The position numbers and the translations under genes are program-made. Below the pieces are notes generated by a model. The model did no database searches. It worked only from the letters and a program-made list of their open reading frames with translations, and was not told the origin of the DNA. Shown in pieces: positions 1 through 10,418 of a stretch of 64,000 nucleotides of DNA; positions within the stretch are counted from its first letter, which is position 1, and the number at the start of each line of letters is the position of its first letter. The DNA comes from Macrostomum lignano (taxonomy: Eukaryota): positions 1 to 64,000 of the forward strand of contig NIVC01002993.1 of the NCBI GenBank assembly GCA_002269645.1, given 5' to 3'.

Positions 1-56
<56 letters not shown>
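1..56. repeat. (TGTC)n microsatellite in an RCC1L intron
   Basis: Perfect TGTC run from base 1, directly next to a minus-strand GTGAGA donor at 60-55. Confidence 0.95.
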
Positions 57-57
<1 letters not shown>

Positions 58-60
58 CAC

Positions 61-826
61 AGTGTCATCAGACTCCAAGCTGACCTGCAGCGCATCGGTG
101 CCCAGCTGTCCGTACTCGGAGTTGCCCCAGCCGTAGACGCAGCCGTCCTCGCCCAGCGCCAGCACGGTGTCGGCTCGGCAGGCCAGATCGGCCACCGGGG
201 CGCCGACGTCAACCAGCTGAAATCGGTCGGAGTTGTCGAAGCCGCCCAAGCCGAGCTGGCCGTCGGCGCCGAGGCCGCAGCTGTAGACTCGGCCGTCGGC
301 AGTCAGCAGGTAGGTGCTGTCCTGGCCGCAGACCAGCCGCTGCACAGACTCGGGCGGGCAGGGCAGCGCCAGCCTGGCCACGGCAGCGGATTCACCGCCG
401 GCCGGCCGGCCGCACTGTCCGAAGGCATTGTTGCCGAATGCGTAGGCGCCGTGACTGCGTCACAGCAGGGAGTGCGCCCGGCCGGCCGACAAGCGCAGCA
501 GGCGGCACCGGCCGGACGCCAGCTCGGCCGGGTGCACCGGAAGGCGGACCTGAGTCGGCCGGAGCACCAGACGGTGCCTGGCGACGCCTGAAGACGACGA
601 GTTTAATGACGACGACAATAATATGTCCTGGGCGGGGTCGGCGCCGTCGGAGACTCTGGTTTGCAGCGGCCCCAACTGGCCGTCGTTATTGGCCGCCGCA
701 GGCCATCAGGATGCCGCGGTTGGCGCCGCGGCGGCAGGCCAGCAGAGTGAAGCCGTAGCCGGCGGCGCCATCTACGACGCTGAGGCCGCGAGACGACAAT
801 TCGGCTAGACGGGCGGGGGCCAGCAC
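61..826 (-). CDS. RCC1L: RCC1-like protein (RCC1L/WBSCR16 homolog), internal exon with a frameshift and an in-frame TGA
   Basis: Manual translation gives AAGYGFTLL, NNDGQLG, SAGRAHSLL*RSHGAYAFGNNAFGQCG, VCGQDSTYLLTADGRVYSCGLGADGQLG and VYGWGNSEYGQLG, matching remembered RCC1L repeat motifs (CGYGFTLL, CGRAHSL, CGQDHS, GWGNSEY). Acceptor GCGCAG|GTG at 827/826. Frameshift near 686-695 and TGA at 462-460. Downstream donor at 60 (an alternative GTCAGC donor lies slightly upstream). Confidence 0.85.
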
Positions 827-934
827 CTGCGCGGTGGGTGGCGAGGGCGGAGCTAATGTCAGTAGAACGACCAGGGTTTTTCGAAGGCTCAAATTTAACA
901 CAAAAACCGGCTGGCCATGTCAAAAGAAATCACT

Positions 935-1465
935 AATTGTCAGGAGGGATCAGCATGTGTCAGGAGGGATAAGCATGTTTCAGGAATTAGCATGTGTCAG
1001 AAAGGGATCAGCATGTCAGAAAGGGATCAGCATGTCAGAAAGGGATCAGCATGTGTCAGGAGGGACCAGCGTGTGTCAGGAAAGAGCAGTGTGTGTCAGG
1101 AAGGACCAGCATGTATCAGAAGGGACCAGCATGTGTCAGAAGAGATCAGCATGTGTCAGAAGAGATCAGCATGCGTCAGAAGAGATCAGCATGCGTCAGA
1201 AGAGATCAGCATGCGTCAGAAGAGATCAGCATGCGTCAGAAGAGATCAGCATGCGTCAGAAGAGATCAGCATGCGTCAGAAGAGATCAGCATGCGTCAGG
1301 AGTGATCAGCATGTGTCAGGAGGGATCAGCATGTGTCAGGAGGGATCAGCATGTGTCAGGAGGGATCAGCATGTGTCAGAAAGGAATCAGTATGTGTCAG
1401 AAGGGATCAGTATGTGTCAGAAGGGATCAGTATGTGTCAGAAGGGATCAGTATGTGTCAGGAGGG
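935..1465. repeat. 20-21 bp minisatellite (GATCAGCATGTGTCAGGAGG-like) filling RCC1L intron 827-1507
   Basis: Tandem units visible directly; source of ORFs 834..1502 and 917..1477. Confidence 0.95.
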
Positions 1466-1507
1466 ATTACTACCTGACAGGGTTCAGCAGTCAGAGATTT
1501 AACCGAC

Positions 1508-1772
1508 CTGTTCACGCAGCGGCCTGCCTGGCGTGGGCTGGGCGAACCGGGCGATGCCCAGGGCGCCGGTAACCGGCCAGCCGCAGGCGTATAGCCGCTG
1601 CCTGGCCGACGTCGACCGGCGACCGGCGGTCAAATCGAATTCCGTAGTGGCGCGCTCGATACGCCGCCTGACTATTGATTTGCATCGGCGCGGATGATTT
1701 GGCGCCAGCGCCTGGCGCAGGCAGCGAGCAATAGCGCCGCCACTTCCGCTGCAGTGAAACTGATCGAGGCAT
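1508..1772 (-). CDS. RCC1L: RCC1L first coding exon (start uncertain)
   Basis: The frame reading QRLYACGWPVTGALGIARFAQP...REQ ends at a CAG|GTCGGT donor (1508/1507) in phase with the next exon and resembles the RCC1L VFVWGFSFSGALG motif. The ATG at 1772 is in a different frame, implying another shift or a missing exon. Confidence 0.65.
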
Positions 1773-1869
1773 CAGTAATATTGCGATGGCTAGGGTTCAT
1801 TGGCATCCATGTCAATAGATTCAAATAGGCCATTGATCTACGGGAACTGCTAATATCGATCTCTACTCA

Positions 1870-2420
1870 GCGAAATCTACCCACATCGAATCTACAAGAG
1901 AATCTTCCCACATTGAATACACAGAAGAATCTACCCACATTGAATATACAAGGGAATCTACCAACATTGAATATACAAGGGAATCTACCCACATTGAATA
2001 TACAAGGGAATCTACCCACATTGAATCTACAGGAGAGTCTACCCACATCCAATCTACAAGACAATCTACCCAGATCCAATCTACATGAGAATCTACCCAT
2101 ATCCATTCTACATGAGAATCTATCCACATCCAATCTACATGAGAATCTACCCCATCCAATCTACATGAGAATCTACCCACATCCAATCTACATGAGAATC
2201 TACCCACATCCAATCTACATGAGAATCTACCCACATCCATTCTACATGAGAATCTACCCACATCCAATCTACATGAGAATCTACCCACATCCAATCTACA
2301 TGAGAATCTACCCACATCCAATCTACATGAGAATCTACCCATATCCATTCTACATGAGAATCTACCCATATTCATTCTACATGAGAATCTACCCACATCC
2401 AATCTACAGGAGGATCTACT
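1870..2420. repeat. 27-bp minisatellite (AATCTACATGAGAATCTACCCACATCC-like) upstream of the RCC1L start
   Basis: Tandem units; 9-aa periodicity in ORF 1913..2440. Confidence 0.9.
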
Positions 2421-3329
2421 CACATGATTCTACAGTTTAGAAGAATATACATATATCTAATCTATAAAGAATCTACCGACAAATCTAAAAGAATCTATTA
2501 ACACAAATCTACATAAAGTCTACCAACAAAAAATGAAGGACTCAAAAACATTACTGCAACAATTAGCATTTTTTGTTAAGAAGTTCTTGAATAACTAAAT
2601 AAGCCAGCGGTAAAATTTACTCAATTTAATTTCAAATGTTTTAGCACTGTTTTATTAGGCACCAGTCAGTCATTCGCGCAGAATGAGTATAGTTAATGAT
2701 CGAAGCGCTACAATAATCAATACGGGGGGACAACAGTAAAAGCTGGGAAAAATTATAAAGTTCATTTGCCAATAACAATTAAAGCATTAAAAAACAGTGC
2801 TGAAGCAGGCACTACAGGTTTAATTAAACGTGAAAAAGGCAAAACAAACCAATATTGATTATTTGTGAGTAAAGATTTTAATAACAGCATTAGGGGGGGG
2901 GGAAGAGTAAAATTTTTGGCAAAATTTTAGTATAAAAATGAGCAATGCAACAGCGTACGTAACAATTCTGAATCAACAATCAACAGATTTTGCACTGGGT
3001 TAATGAAAATCGATTTAGCTCGTATTAGACTAGTCGCAACAATACCGCTGTAGATTATAATAACTGTTAATATTTGCACGCCATTTAAAATTATTTCATT
3101 AAATAAGATTTATAAAAATATACATGTAAAATTAATACACTTTTTAAATTAAAAGTGGATGATGTAGCATTTATATTTTTTCAAGCATATTTAAGACGCG
3201 GCCAATCATAGTCGACACAATGCTTCGACGATTGGCTATGGGCAAAACCGTGTTGTACTTCAATTCAGACTTGAAACTCAGAGCCATTAGACAAAAGTTG
3301 TTTATTTTGTGACACAGACTGTGACTAAA

Positions 3330-4060
3330 CTGTCAGACCACATGTGCTCAATCAGATATGACATCCCCACGCCTGACTCCACGATTCTTTGCAGTACCAT
3401 GGAGCGCCAATTCTAGATTGATTTAGTCTGGTGGCCTCTCCAGTTCCATTTACACGGCTGGCATGACTTGTCTAAATTGAACTGCGTGTATGGCCAAGCA
3501 CCATAGACTGTTTTGACCATAGACGAAAGTAGAAGCATTGAATATGATTGGCAGTGTCTTAAAATGAATGCTCGAACTCCCCTTCTTTTATTGGTTTTAT
3601 CTTTGGTCATGAGCCAACCCAAAATTTGGAGTAGATCTCTGCTATTTGGTATTCCATCCGATCCCTTGGTCCCCCTGCTGTCTCCTCTGGTTGTCTCCCT
3701 GCTTTTGTGTCTCTGCTCTCATCACTGACTGTAGATTGAGTATAGTCCTGGGAAGGGTCCGTCCCGAATCGGGGAAAACCGGCTGAGCCCGGCGTCCTTT
3801 TACTTTTTGGTGCTGTTATGTTGTTGTTGGGTGGCCTGGGGGCCGTCTTTGCATCCGTCCACCTGATTCTACTGGAGGGTCCTCGGTGTCCCCAACATTA
3901 GTTGAGCTCTGAGCTCTGCTAGGGCAAGTCCGCTAAGCCCCAATACTGGCTACCCGGGCTTTATGCCCCTGGTAGAATTGCCGTTATAGATCCCGCGACA
4001 GAGCCCTTCCCTGAGCTGATCTGAGGTGAGCCTAGCTCTCCACCCCCGTTTAACAACTCT
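3330..4060 (-). mobile_element. Possible decayed 5' fragment of a non-LTR retrotransposon (UTR plus APE start)
   Basis: GC-richer island in AT-rich DNA. Minus-strand frames give SIHFKTL, LWCLAIH and SGVGM, loosely resembling APE motifs. No intact ORF. Confidence 0.25.
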
Positions 4061-4310
4061 TAATTAGTGGCAACATTTCCAAACGTCCAGATCTCATTTA
4101 CAAGCATTGTTCTTATGCGCTAACGTTTTATTAGATTTCATTTTCATATTAGCAGATCGCGCAATCAATTTTAAGCAATTTAATGGCAACATTTAGTTAG
4201 GCATATGGCGGGAGAGTATACAACAAAAATTAACATGCAGCCATGGGTAATACAAAGGCCCGGCATCGCATACCACCGAAAAGGTTAATAACTCATGCAA
4301 CCGAAACCTG

Positions 4311-7300
4311 TCACAATTCTTGGGATTCGCCGAAGGGAATCAATGGCACAGAACACTCCTGTCTAGCCGGTCCAGCTCCATCTTCCGAGTGCAAAGTGCG
4401 CATCCAAAATACGGTGTGAGAATTATCAACAAACAGCAGATCTTGGCCATTGTTGAGCACGTGAACTTTGCTGACACTCTGACGCGAGTACAAGGACACC
4501 GTACCAAGCTTCAAGTCTGGTGTCTGCTGCGCTGATCTCGCCGCGCCGAGGATTTCCTGCTCGGGCAGGCAGCACACGTGCACACAGTCTGACGCTATGA
4601 TTAGCTTGTGGTGACGCGTCCCATCCTCATCTGTGTGCATAGTCCAAGCAATGCAGCCGATATTGCTTGGCTGCTGTGGGAGGCCGATTTGCACAGGCTG
4701 ACAATTTACCAAATCGATCAGATGGCCATCTCGTAGGGCCCACAATGAAAACCGATTGTCGTCAAAGGCGGCAGCCAACAGGTAACAGTCCTGGATAATT
4801 TGATGCGAAAACTGTAAGCAGCGCAATGGACAATTGCGGGATTCATCCTCTATTCGGCTGCGCGTTGCCACAATGCTAGCCGTATTATCAGCTGCCACCT
4901 CCCACAGAATCAAACTTCCAAGGTCTGTTCCGCCGGCAACGAAACCACTAAGAGCGGGACAAAAGTTGCAGCACAGTAGGCTTTCTTGAAGTTGATCGCC
5001 AATAGAGCCTCCGAAATTCTCATTGACGCACAGAGAATCGGGCAATAAGTAGTTCCAGCCACGATCAAACAACAATAGAGCGGCGGGATTGGCAAGCGGC
5101 TGAACTGAATCAATAGAATAGAGTTGCTTATGAGACAAATCTACTTGTTTGACGCACAAAGAATCGTGAAACTCAACAAGCTTGTTGCTTCTGTTCGATC
5201 CGATGAAACCTTGACAGTTGGGCAGAAAGACAATGTCAACAATTTCAACATTGATGGGTTTGAAATCGAATGTCCAGACATCGTTGAATCTTTTTGCGAT
5301 AACAACTTCATTGGAGAAAGTAAAGACGGCGTAGTTTCCAGTAGGAGCAATACGAATAGCAGCGGCCTTTGAAAATGGGTGTTCTTTTCCACTTAGCTTG
5401 CCGCTTTCGTCATTTTGCAAGTGATTGCCGCTTGACTTAAGAATAAGCAGAGATCTTCGGACTGATTGGCAAGCGACAACAATCTCGCCATTGACATTGA
5501 CAGCATCAATCACAGTTCGCAGTCGAAGAGTAGCATTTTCCGGTCCGAAAAAAATAGAGCTACTACGCTGATAATCGGCGTTAAAAGGTGTGGTACTGAG
5601 ACTGGTGCGCCAGCAAGTAAGAACACCTTCGGTTGACATCTCGGACATTGAATATAAGAATGACTTTTCCGAAGTTTGAAAAGCCAGACACTTAGTATAG
5701 CTACCTGAGCCATTCAACTCGTCCACTAGCTGCAGCCTGCAGGATGACTCAGTCAGATTCTCTACCCTGTAGAGATAAATGTGCGCTCGTGTGCTAGTGC
5801 CAACAGCTATGTAAACACCTTCACTGCTGATTGCAATGCTCGTAAAGGATGTGCTCTTTGGTCCAAATTCACGGACTAACCTTTGTTGAGTCTTCGGGTG
5901 CCAAAGATGAATTTCGTTATTTGCAATCGATGCGGCAAATCGCGGCTCAGGACGTGGCTCAAAAGCGCAGCGAATGGGATTCGAATTCTTAGCGTGTCCC
6001 GAGTACTTCTTAATGTCAAAACGACTTTTGTAGACGTAAACACAGTCATTTGGACCAGAGACGGCAATTGAAGTTGAATACATTGATTGTGAAGCTGCAA
6101 TGTGGTTGATCTGGGACTGTGCGCCTGCTGGAATATTCTGATCTATGTCGAATTCGGAGCTTAGGTTGGTCACTTGATCAGCCAAGGTAAACACCTTGAT
6201 ATTTCCATCACTGCTTCCAACCAGAAGCTTGGCGTCCGACTCAAAGCACATGGCAGTAAAAAAAGAATTCTCTTTCTCCTCCTCATTGTAGACCGGTTCG
6301 TTTGGAGTGAGTTCTAGCGGAGATTTTCCAGTTGTGCCAGATCTGGGCCTGCCTTGAGGAAAATGCAAGCTCCCCTTTTCAGAAGGTAAAGGCGCAGCTG
6401 GGGAAGGTCGAACACCTACTTCAAAAGCACTAGGAGGTAGTTTGAAGCGAAACAGCGCGAATTCAGTCAGGACTAACAGTGATTGATTGTCAGGACTGAA
6501 GAGAGCAGAAACAATTTGAATGCTGTCCTGTGCATCGCCTCGAGCACTGCTGCAGGCCATGTCCTCTTTGCGGACACGGAAGTTGCGTAAGCCCGTTTTT
6601 AGGTCTAAAATAACTGCAGATGATTCGCTTGCAACAACAGCGTGCTTACAATCACGATCTAGAGCGAATGTAGAAACATCGCTGTCAACTTTGAATGTAT
6701 TGTGGATCTGTTCTTCCGTCTGGTCGACATTAAGCCAATAGTAAAAGCAGAAAAACTGTCTATGCTTTTTAGCAGCCTCCACGGCACACTCGCGAACAGA
6801 GTTCTCTTCTGGTAGAGTGAGAGCCAGTTGAATCACGGCCGAGTCAGATCGCCTAGTAGCCAAATTGGTTGCCTGAATGCGAAGAATCGGCGATCGGAAA
6901 AATTCGACGAAGTCTGTCAAGCTTTTCCTTGCTGACTCGTCAATCGTAAGGATCTTAATGGAATACTGGTAAACAAACGTCAGGTTCTCGGCACCAATCC
7001 GACAGCAAAGCCACGAAATAAAGTCGAAGTCACGCAGGATACTTAACTTTCTGTCTAGCGGAACTGCGTCAGAAAAGACTAAGTGGTAGACAAAATTGTA
7101 GGCCAAATAGTGCATTTGATCGTTGCTGTCAACATCCATCCAACTACCCACCGTTGCCCGATGGCTGAGCACTCTTTCAACAAACTGATTGTTGAAGCTC
7201 GTTCGTTTTTCTTTGTACTCACTTTTCATGGCACTCACAATTAAGTCATGAAGAGTAAGGAGCTCTTCATCCGGCCGGTACTTCTCTATCGTGGCAATAG

Positions 7301-8636
7301 AACGACGAACAAATCCTTCCATCACATCTAAAGAGTCATCCACAGGTAGTGGGTTGCCATCTTCGTTTCGCCAACAATATTTTGACAGAAATTGCGCAGA
7401 TAAAAAAGTGTCCTCAGGAAAAATAGACAAGTGAAGATACCGTTCCTTTTGCTCTTCATCTAGATCGTCAATACTAACTAGAATGGCATCTATGATGCTT
7501 CCATACTCATAATCACCCAGCTCTAAGTCGACTTTCTTAAAAAGATCAGTTTTAAACTTTTTCAAATATCTCTCGAATTGAGAGAGTCGGCCACGAAGAA
7601 GGCCACCGAAGATGGAAACAATAAAAGGATTTCCTTTGCACTTGGAATGAAGCCTTCGAACACGCTCCATGTCTTCATCGTTGAACGAATCAGAGACTTG
7701 ACCAGGTGAAACTTCGCTGTTGATAATCTCAGTAAGAAGCTTAGAAGTCAATTCTTCGGGTAAACCTTCATCAACGGAGATTTTCATGCATCGCTGCGCA
7801 TCTCCAGGCTGAATTTTGCTGAAAATATCGGCCTTTCTTGATGTAACAACGATCCTTGCTTGAACATTGAAATAGCGCAAAATTTTTGGCTCCCAAACGT
7901 CATCTAGAACGATAAGCCCGCACGGGTACTTTTCTAGCATGGTTTTGCGAAACAAATTTTTTGCATCATCAAGGCTTGTTGGAGGCGACGCACGCAGCTT
8001 AGGATCCAATCGGATGCAAATGTTCTGCATCTTAGCCAGGAGCATCGACTCCAATTCGTCGGTGCGCAGGTTGCCTATTGTGAACCAAAATACTCGATTG
8101 AAAAAATAGGAGGCAATTGGACTTCCGTCAGAGGCCTTGCCTCTTATTGCTTGAGAAACAACTACCGACTTTCCAGCACCACCGTGGCCTTTCACGAGAA
8201 TCCAGCCCCCATCAGAGCGGACCGATAGCTTTACCAAGCTTTCCTTGAGTTCTGCCACGTACTTAAGCTCAATGTTACCCACTGGAGTGATAGGAATACC
8301 ACCTTCGATGAAGACGCCTTCGTAATCTTTAGTTGACTTAGTCAGATAAATTTGCGGATTTTCACGGAAATTAGCCAACTCCTTGGACAGAAAATCATAA
8401 GTAGGTTCTAGACTTGAAATGAGACAGTCGAATGTTCTCACATCATTTTTGTCCACAAGAATATCCACCAATGTGCTAGTCTGTCTATCTGTACTTCCAG
8501 CTCTGTTAATTATCTGCTTCTCCTCAGGGGAAATGAGACCAAAGCTTAACAGAGAATCTTCGATGTCGTGAAAATTGACATCTCGAACCAGCGCACCCTT
8601 CAGTGCCATTAGGGCAGCCTTTTGTCGCAGTTCCAT
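4311..8636 (-). CDS. APAF1: Apaf-1-like apoptosome protein (CARD, NB-ARC, WD40), single exon, 1441 aa
   Basis: N-terminal CARD-like helices; P-loop GHGGAGKS (8189-8166); Walker B LIVLDDVW; sensor I RIVVTSR; GxP motif CKGNPF; LHDL motif; HD2-like YLAYNFVYHL and IQLAL; YYWLN linker; divergent WD40 C-terminal half. Confidence 0.92.
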   Translation of the reverse strand: MELRQKAALMALKGALVRDVNFHDIEDSLLSFGLISPEEKQIINRAGSTDRQTSTLVDILVDKNDVRTFDCLISSLEPTYDFLSKELANFRENPQIYLTKSTKDYEGVFIEGGIPITPVGNIELKYVAELKESLVKLSVRSDGGWILVKGHGGAGKSVVVSQAIRGKASDGSPIASYFFNRVFWFTIGNLRTDELESMLLAKMQNICIRLDPKLRASPPTSLDDAKNLFRKTMLEKYPCGLIVLDDVWEPKILRYFNVQARIVVTSRKADIFSKIQPGDAQRCMKISVDEGLPEELTSKLLTEIINSEVSPGQVSDSFNDEDMERVRRLHSKCKGNPFIVSIFGGLLRGRLSQFERYLKKFKTDLFKKVDLELGDYEYGSIIDAILVSIDDLDEEQKERYLHLSIFPEDTFLSAQFLSKYCWRNEDGNPLPVDDSLDVMEGFVRRSIATIEKYRPDEELLTLHDLIVSAMKSEYKEKRTSFNNQFVERVLSHRATVGSWMDVDSNDQMHYLAYNFVYHLVFSDAVPLDRKLSILRDFDFISWLCCRIGAENLTFVYQYSIKILTIDESARKSLTDFVEFFRSPILRIQATNLATRRSDSAVIQLALTLPEENSVRECAVEAAKKHRQFFCFYYWLNVDQTEEQIHNTFKVDSDVSTFALDRDCKHAVVASESSAVILDLKTGLRNFRVRKEDMACSSARGDAQDSIQIVSALFSPDNQSLLVLTEFALFRFKLPPSAFEVGVRPSPAAPLPSEKGSLHFPQGRPRSGTTGKSPLELTPNEPVYNEEEKENSFFTAMCFESDAKLLVGSSDGNIKVFTLADQVTNLSSEFDIDQNIPAGAQSQINHIAASQSMYSTSIAVSGPNDCVYVYKSRFDIKKYSGHAKNSNPIRCAFEPRPEPRFAASIANNEIHLWHPKTQQRLVREFGPKSTSFTSIAISSEGVYIAVGTSTRAHIYLYRVENLTESSCRLQLVDELNGSGSYTKCLAFQTSEKSFLYSMSEMSTEGVLTCWRTSLSTTPFNADYQRSSSIFFGPENATLRLRTVIDAVNVNGEIVVACQSVRRSLLILKSSGNHLQNDESGKLSGKEHPFSKAAAIRIAPTGNYAVFTFSNEVVIAKRFNDVWTFDFKPINVEIVDIVFLPNCQGFIGSNRSNKLVEFHDSLCVKQVDLSHKQLYSIDSVQPLANPAALLLFDRGWNYLLPDSLCVNENFGGSIGDQLQESLLCCNFCPALSGFVAGGTDLGSLILWEVAADNTASIVATRSRIEDESRNCPLRCLQFSHQIIQDCYLLAAAFDDNRFSLWALRDGHLIDLVNCQPVQIGLPQQPSNIGCIAWTMHTDEDGTRHHKLIIASDCVHVCCLPEQEILGAARSAQQTPDLKLGTVSLYSRQSVSKVHVLNNGQDLLFVDNSHTVFWMRTLHSEDGAGPARQECSVPLIPFGESQEL

Positions 8637-8967
8637 TGTGCAGCTGACAGATTAACCGCCAATGCTGCTTGAATTCTTATTAGTGCTTTCAAATGTTCGA
8701 TTGCTGAATGCTATAATACAATCATGAATACAGAAAACAAAAAACAATTAATAACCAATGCTAAATACAAAACACTATTGAAGCAAATGTTGGTCTATGC
8801 AGATAGCATTTCTTAGAAAAGGAAATCAATTGATGTGCCTTTCTGCTTAAACATGCCTAAAACTTCTCAACTTGAAAATTCATTAAAATTCAAATTGTAT
8901 AAAAACCTGTTCTTGACCACTCAAGGAGTAACAAAAACTGAATAAACCCGTTGGAAAAGTTATGCAC

Positions 8968-9411
8968 CTGCAGAGGCATAAAAGGTGAGCGAGGTGCACA
9001 AAAGAGGCACCTTAGTGGCCCATTTCGTGCATGTTTTGGAAATGCACCTGAGTGCACCTTTTATGCCTAAATGTCACCAATATTTTTGAAAAGAGGCATG
9101 AAAGGTGTAAAATCGGTGAAGTGGTCAGGCAGTAGGTGAATTCTCAATTTTGATTGGTTGCGGCGGTAGGGGCAGTAAAGGTGCGTAAGGGGCACTGGAG
9201 GTGCACAAAAGGTGAACAGCAGGCTCACAAGTGAGGCACAGCAGGTGTAGGAAAGGTGCTGAAGGGGCGCAGAAAGTGCACGAAAGGTGAATAAGAGGTG
9301 TATAAGGTGTACATGTGCGGCGTAAATATGTATACAGGTGCATTTCCAAAACATGCTCGAAATATACCCCTAAAGTGCCTCTTCTGTGCACCTCGCTCAC
9401 CTTTTATGCCT
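8968..9411. mobile_element. Small inverted-repeat (MITE-like) element rich in AGGTG/CACCT motifs
   Basis: About 77-bp imperfect inverted repeat at 8974-9050 versus 9335-9411 (AGGCATAAAAGGTGAGCGAGGTGCACA...CATGTTTTGGAAATGCACCTG). TATGCAC occurs at 8961-8967 and 9411-9417 as a possible TSD. Related degenerate sequence at about 9725-9975. Confidence 0.6.
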
Positions 9412-10418
9412 ATGCACGAATTAACGCATTAAGAATTCGTAACAAAAAATTAACTGAGAGTTACATACTCGTATATTGCACGCACCGATTGAACATAGAT
9501 TTATTTACACCTTTACTAATCGCTGCTATCCCCTTCCTGATCCTGACAAACCACGAAACTAAACATGTCCTATACTGATAAGTTTTAATGACTTTCAAAT
9601 ACTCAGGAAAAGTTCCGAAAAGTGATGAAAAGGCTTGCATTAGTGAGGAAAAATTTCGAATAGTGAGAAAAGGTAGCAAAGAACTTCGCCAGTTGAAACT
9701 TTAACGCCCCTTGCATTGCCTCTACGCTTAAAGTGCCCACTGTGCACCTTTTATTCACCTTTCGTGCCTCCAGTGCACACTGTACACTTTTTATGCACCT
9801 AAATCCCCTACGACACCTGTGCCCCTACCGCCTAGTTCGTGCCTTAAATTCACCTTCTGACCCTGCAGAGGCACTCAGGTGAACAAAAGGTGCACAAGTG
9901 GCACAAAATAGGCATAAGAGAGGCGAAAGTCAGGCAGAAGGTGCAAAACTCTTCACCTTTCATGCCTACTTTAAAAACTCAAAATCCAACGGGAAAGCTT
10001 AGGTTTGTAATGAAACTGTATTCCTATGATCCTATATAGCTACATGCCTAAGATAAAAGTTTGCCTGCATGCTTATACACCTGTCAAATAAGGCAATTAG
10101 TGCTCTTTAGATTTGCTTCAATAGGGGACACAAAATTCTAGTAGAGATATAAAATCATAACATTTTGATTGAAAAATAAATACCCTTCCCCTAAAGTATC
10201 TTTAGTGGATGATACACTCATATTATAACTTTTTTGTCAATAGTCTATGTTTACTCGTATATATTTATATTTGGATAAAGATATGCTTTTATAGGAAAAA
10301 CCCAAATATAATACAATAATAATGACAATTTTAGTCTATTAGTAAGCATTATAAGAAGCTTAATAAACTTTGTCATTGATCTATCCATTTTGTTCATATC
10401 ATTTTTCAAAAGCATATA

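Noticed and set aside
460-462. Selenocysteine or programmed read-through at the in-frame TGA in RCC1L
   Set aside because: The position corresponds to a hydrophobic residue rather than Cys, the motif is one residue short, and neighbouring frameshifts point to indels. No SECIS can be assessed in the window.
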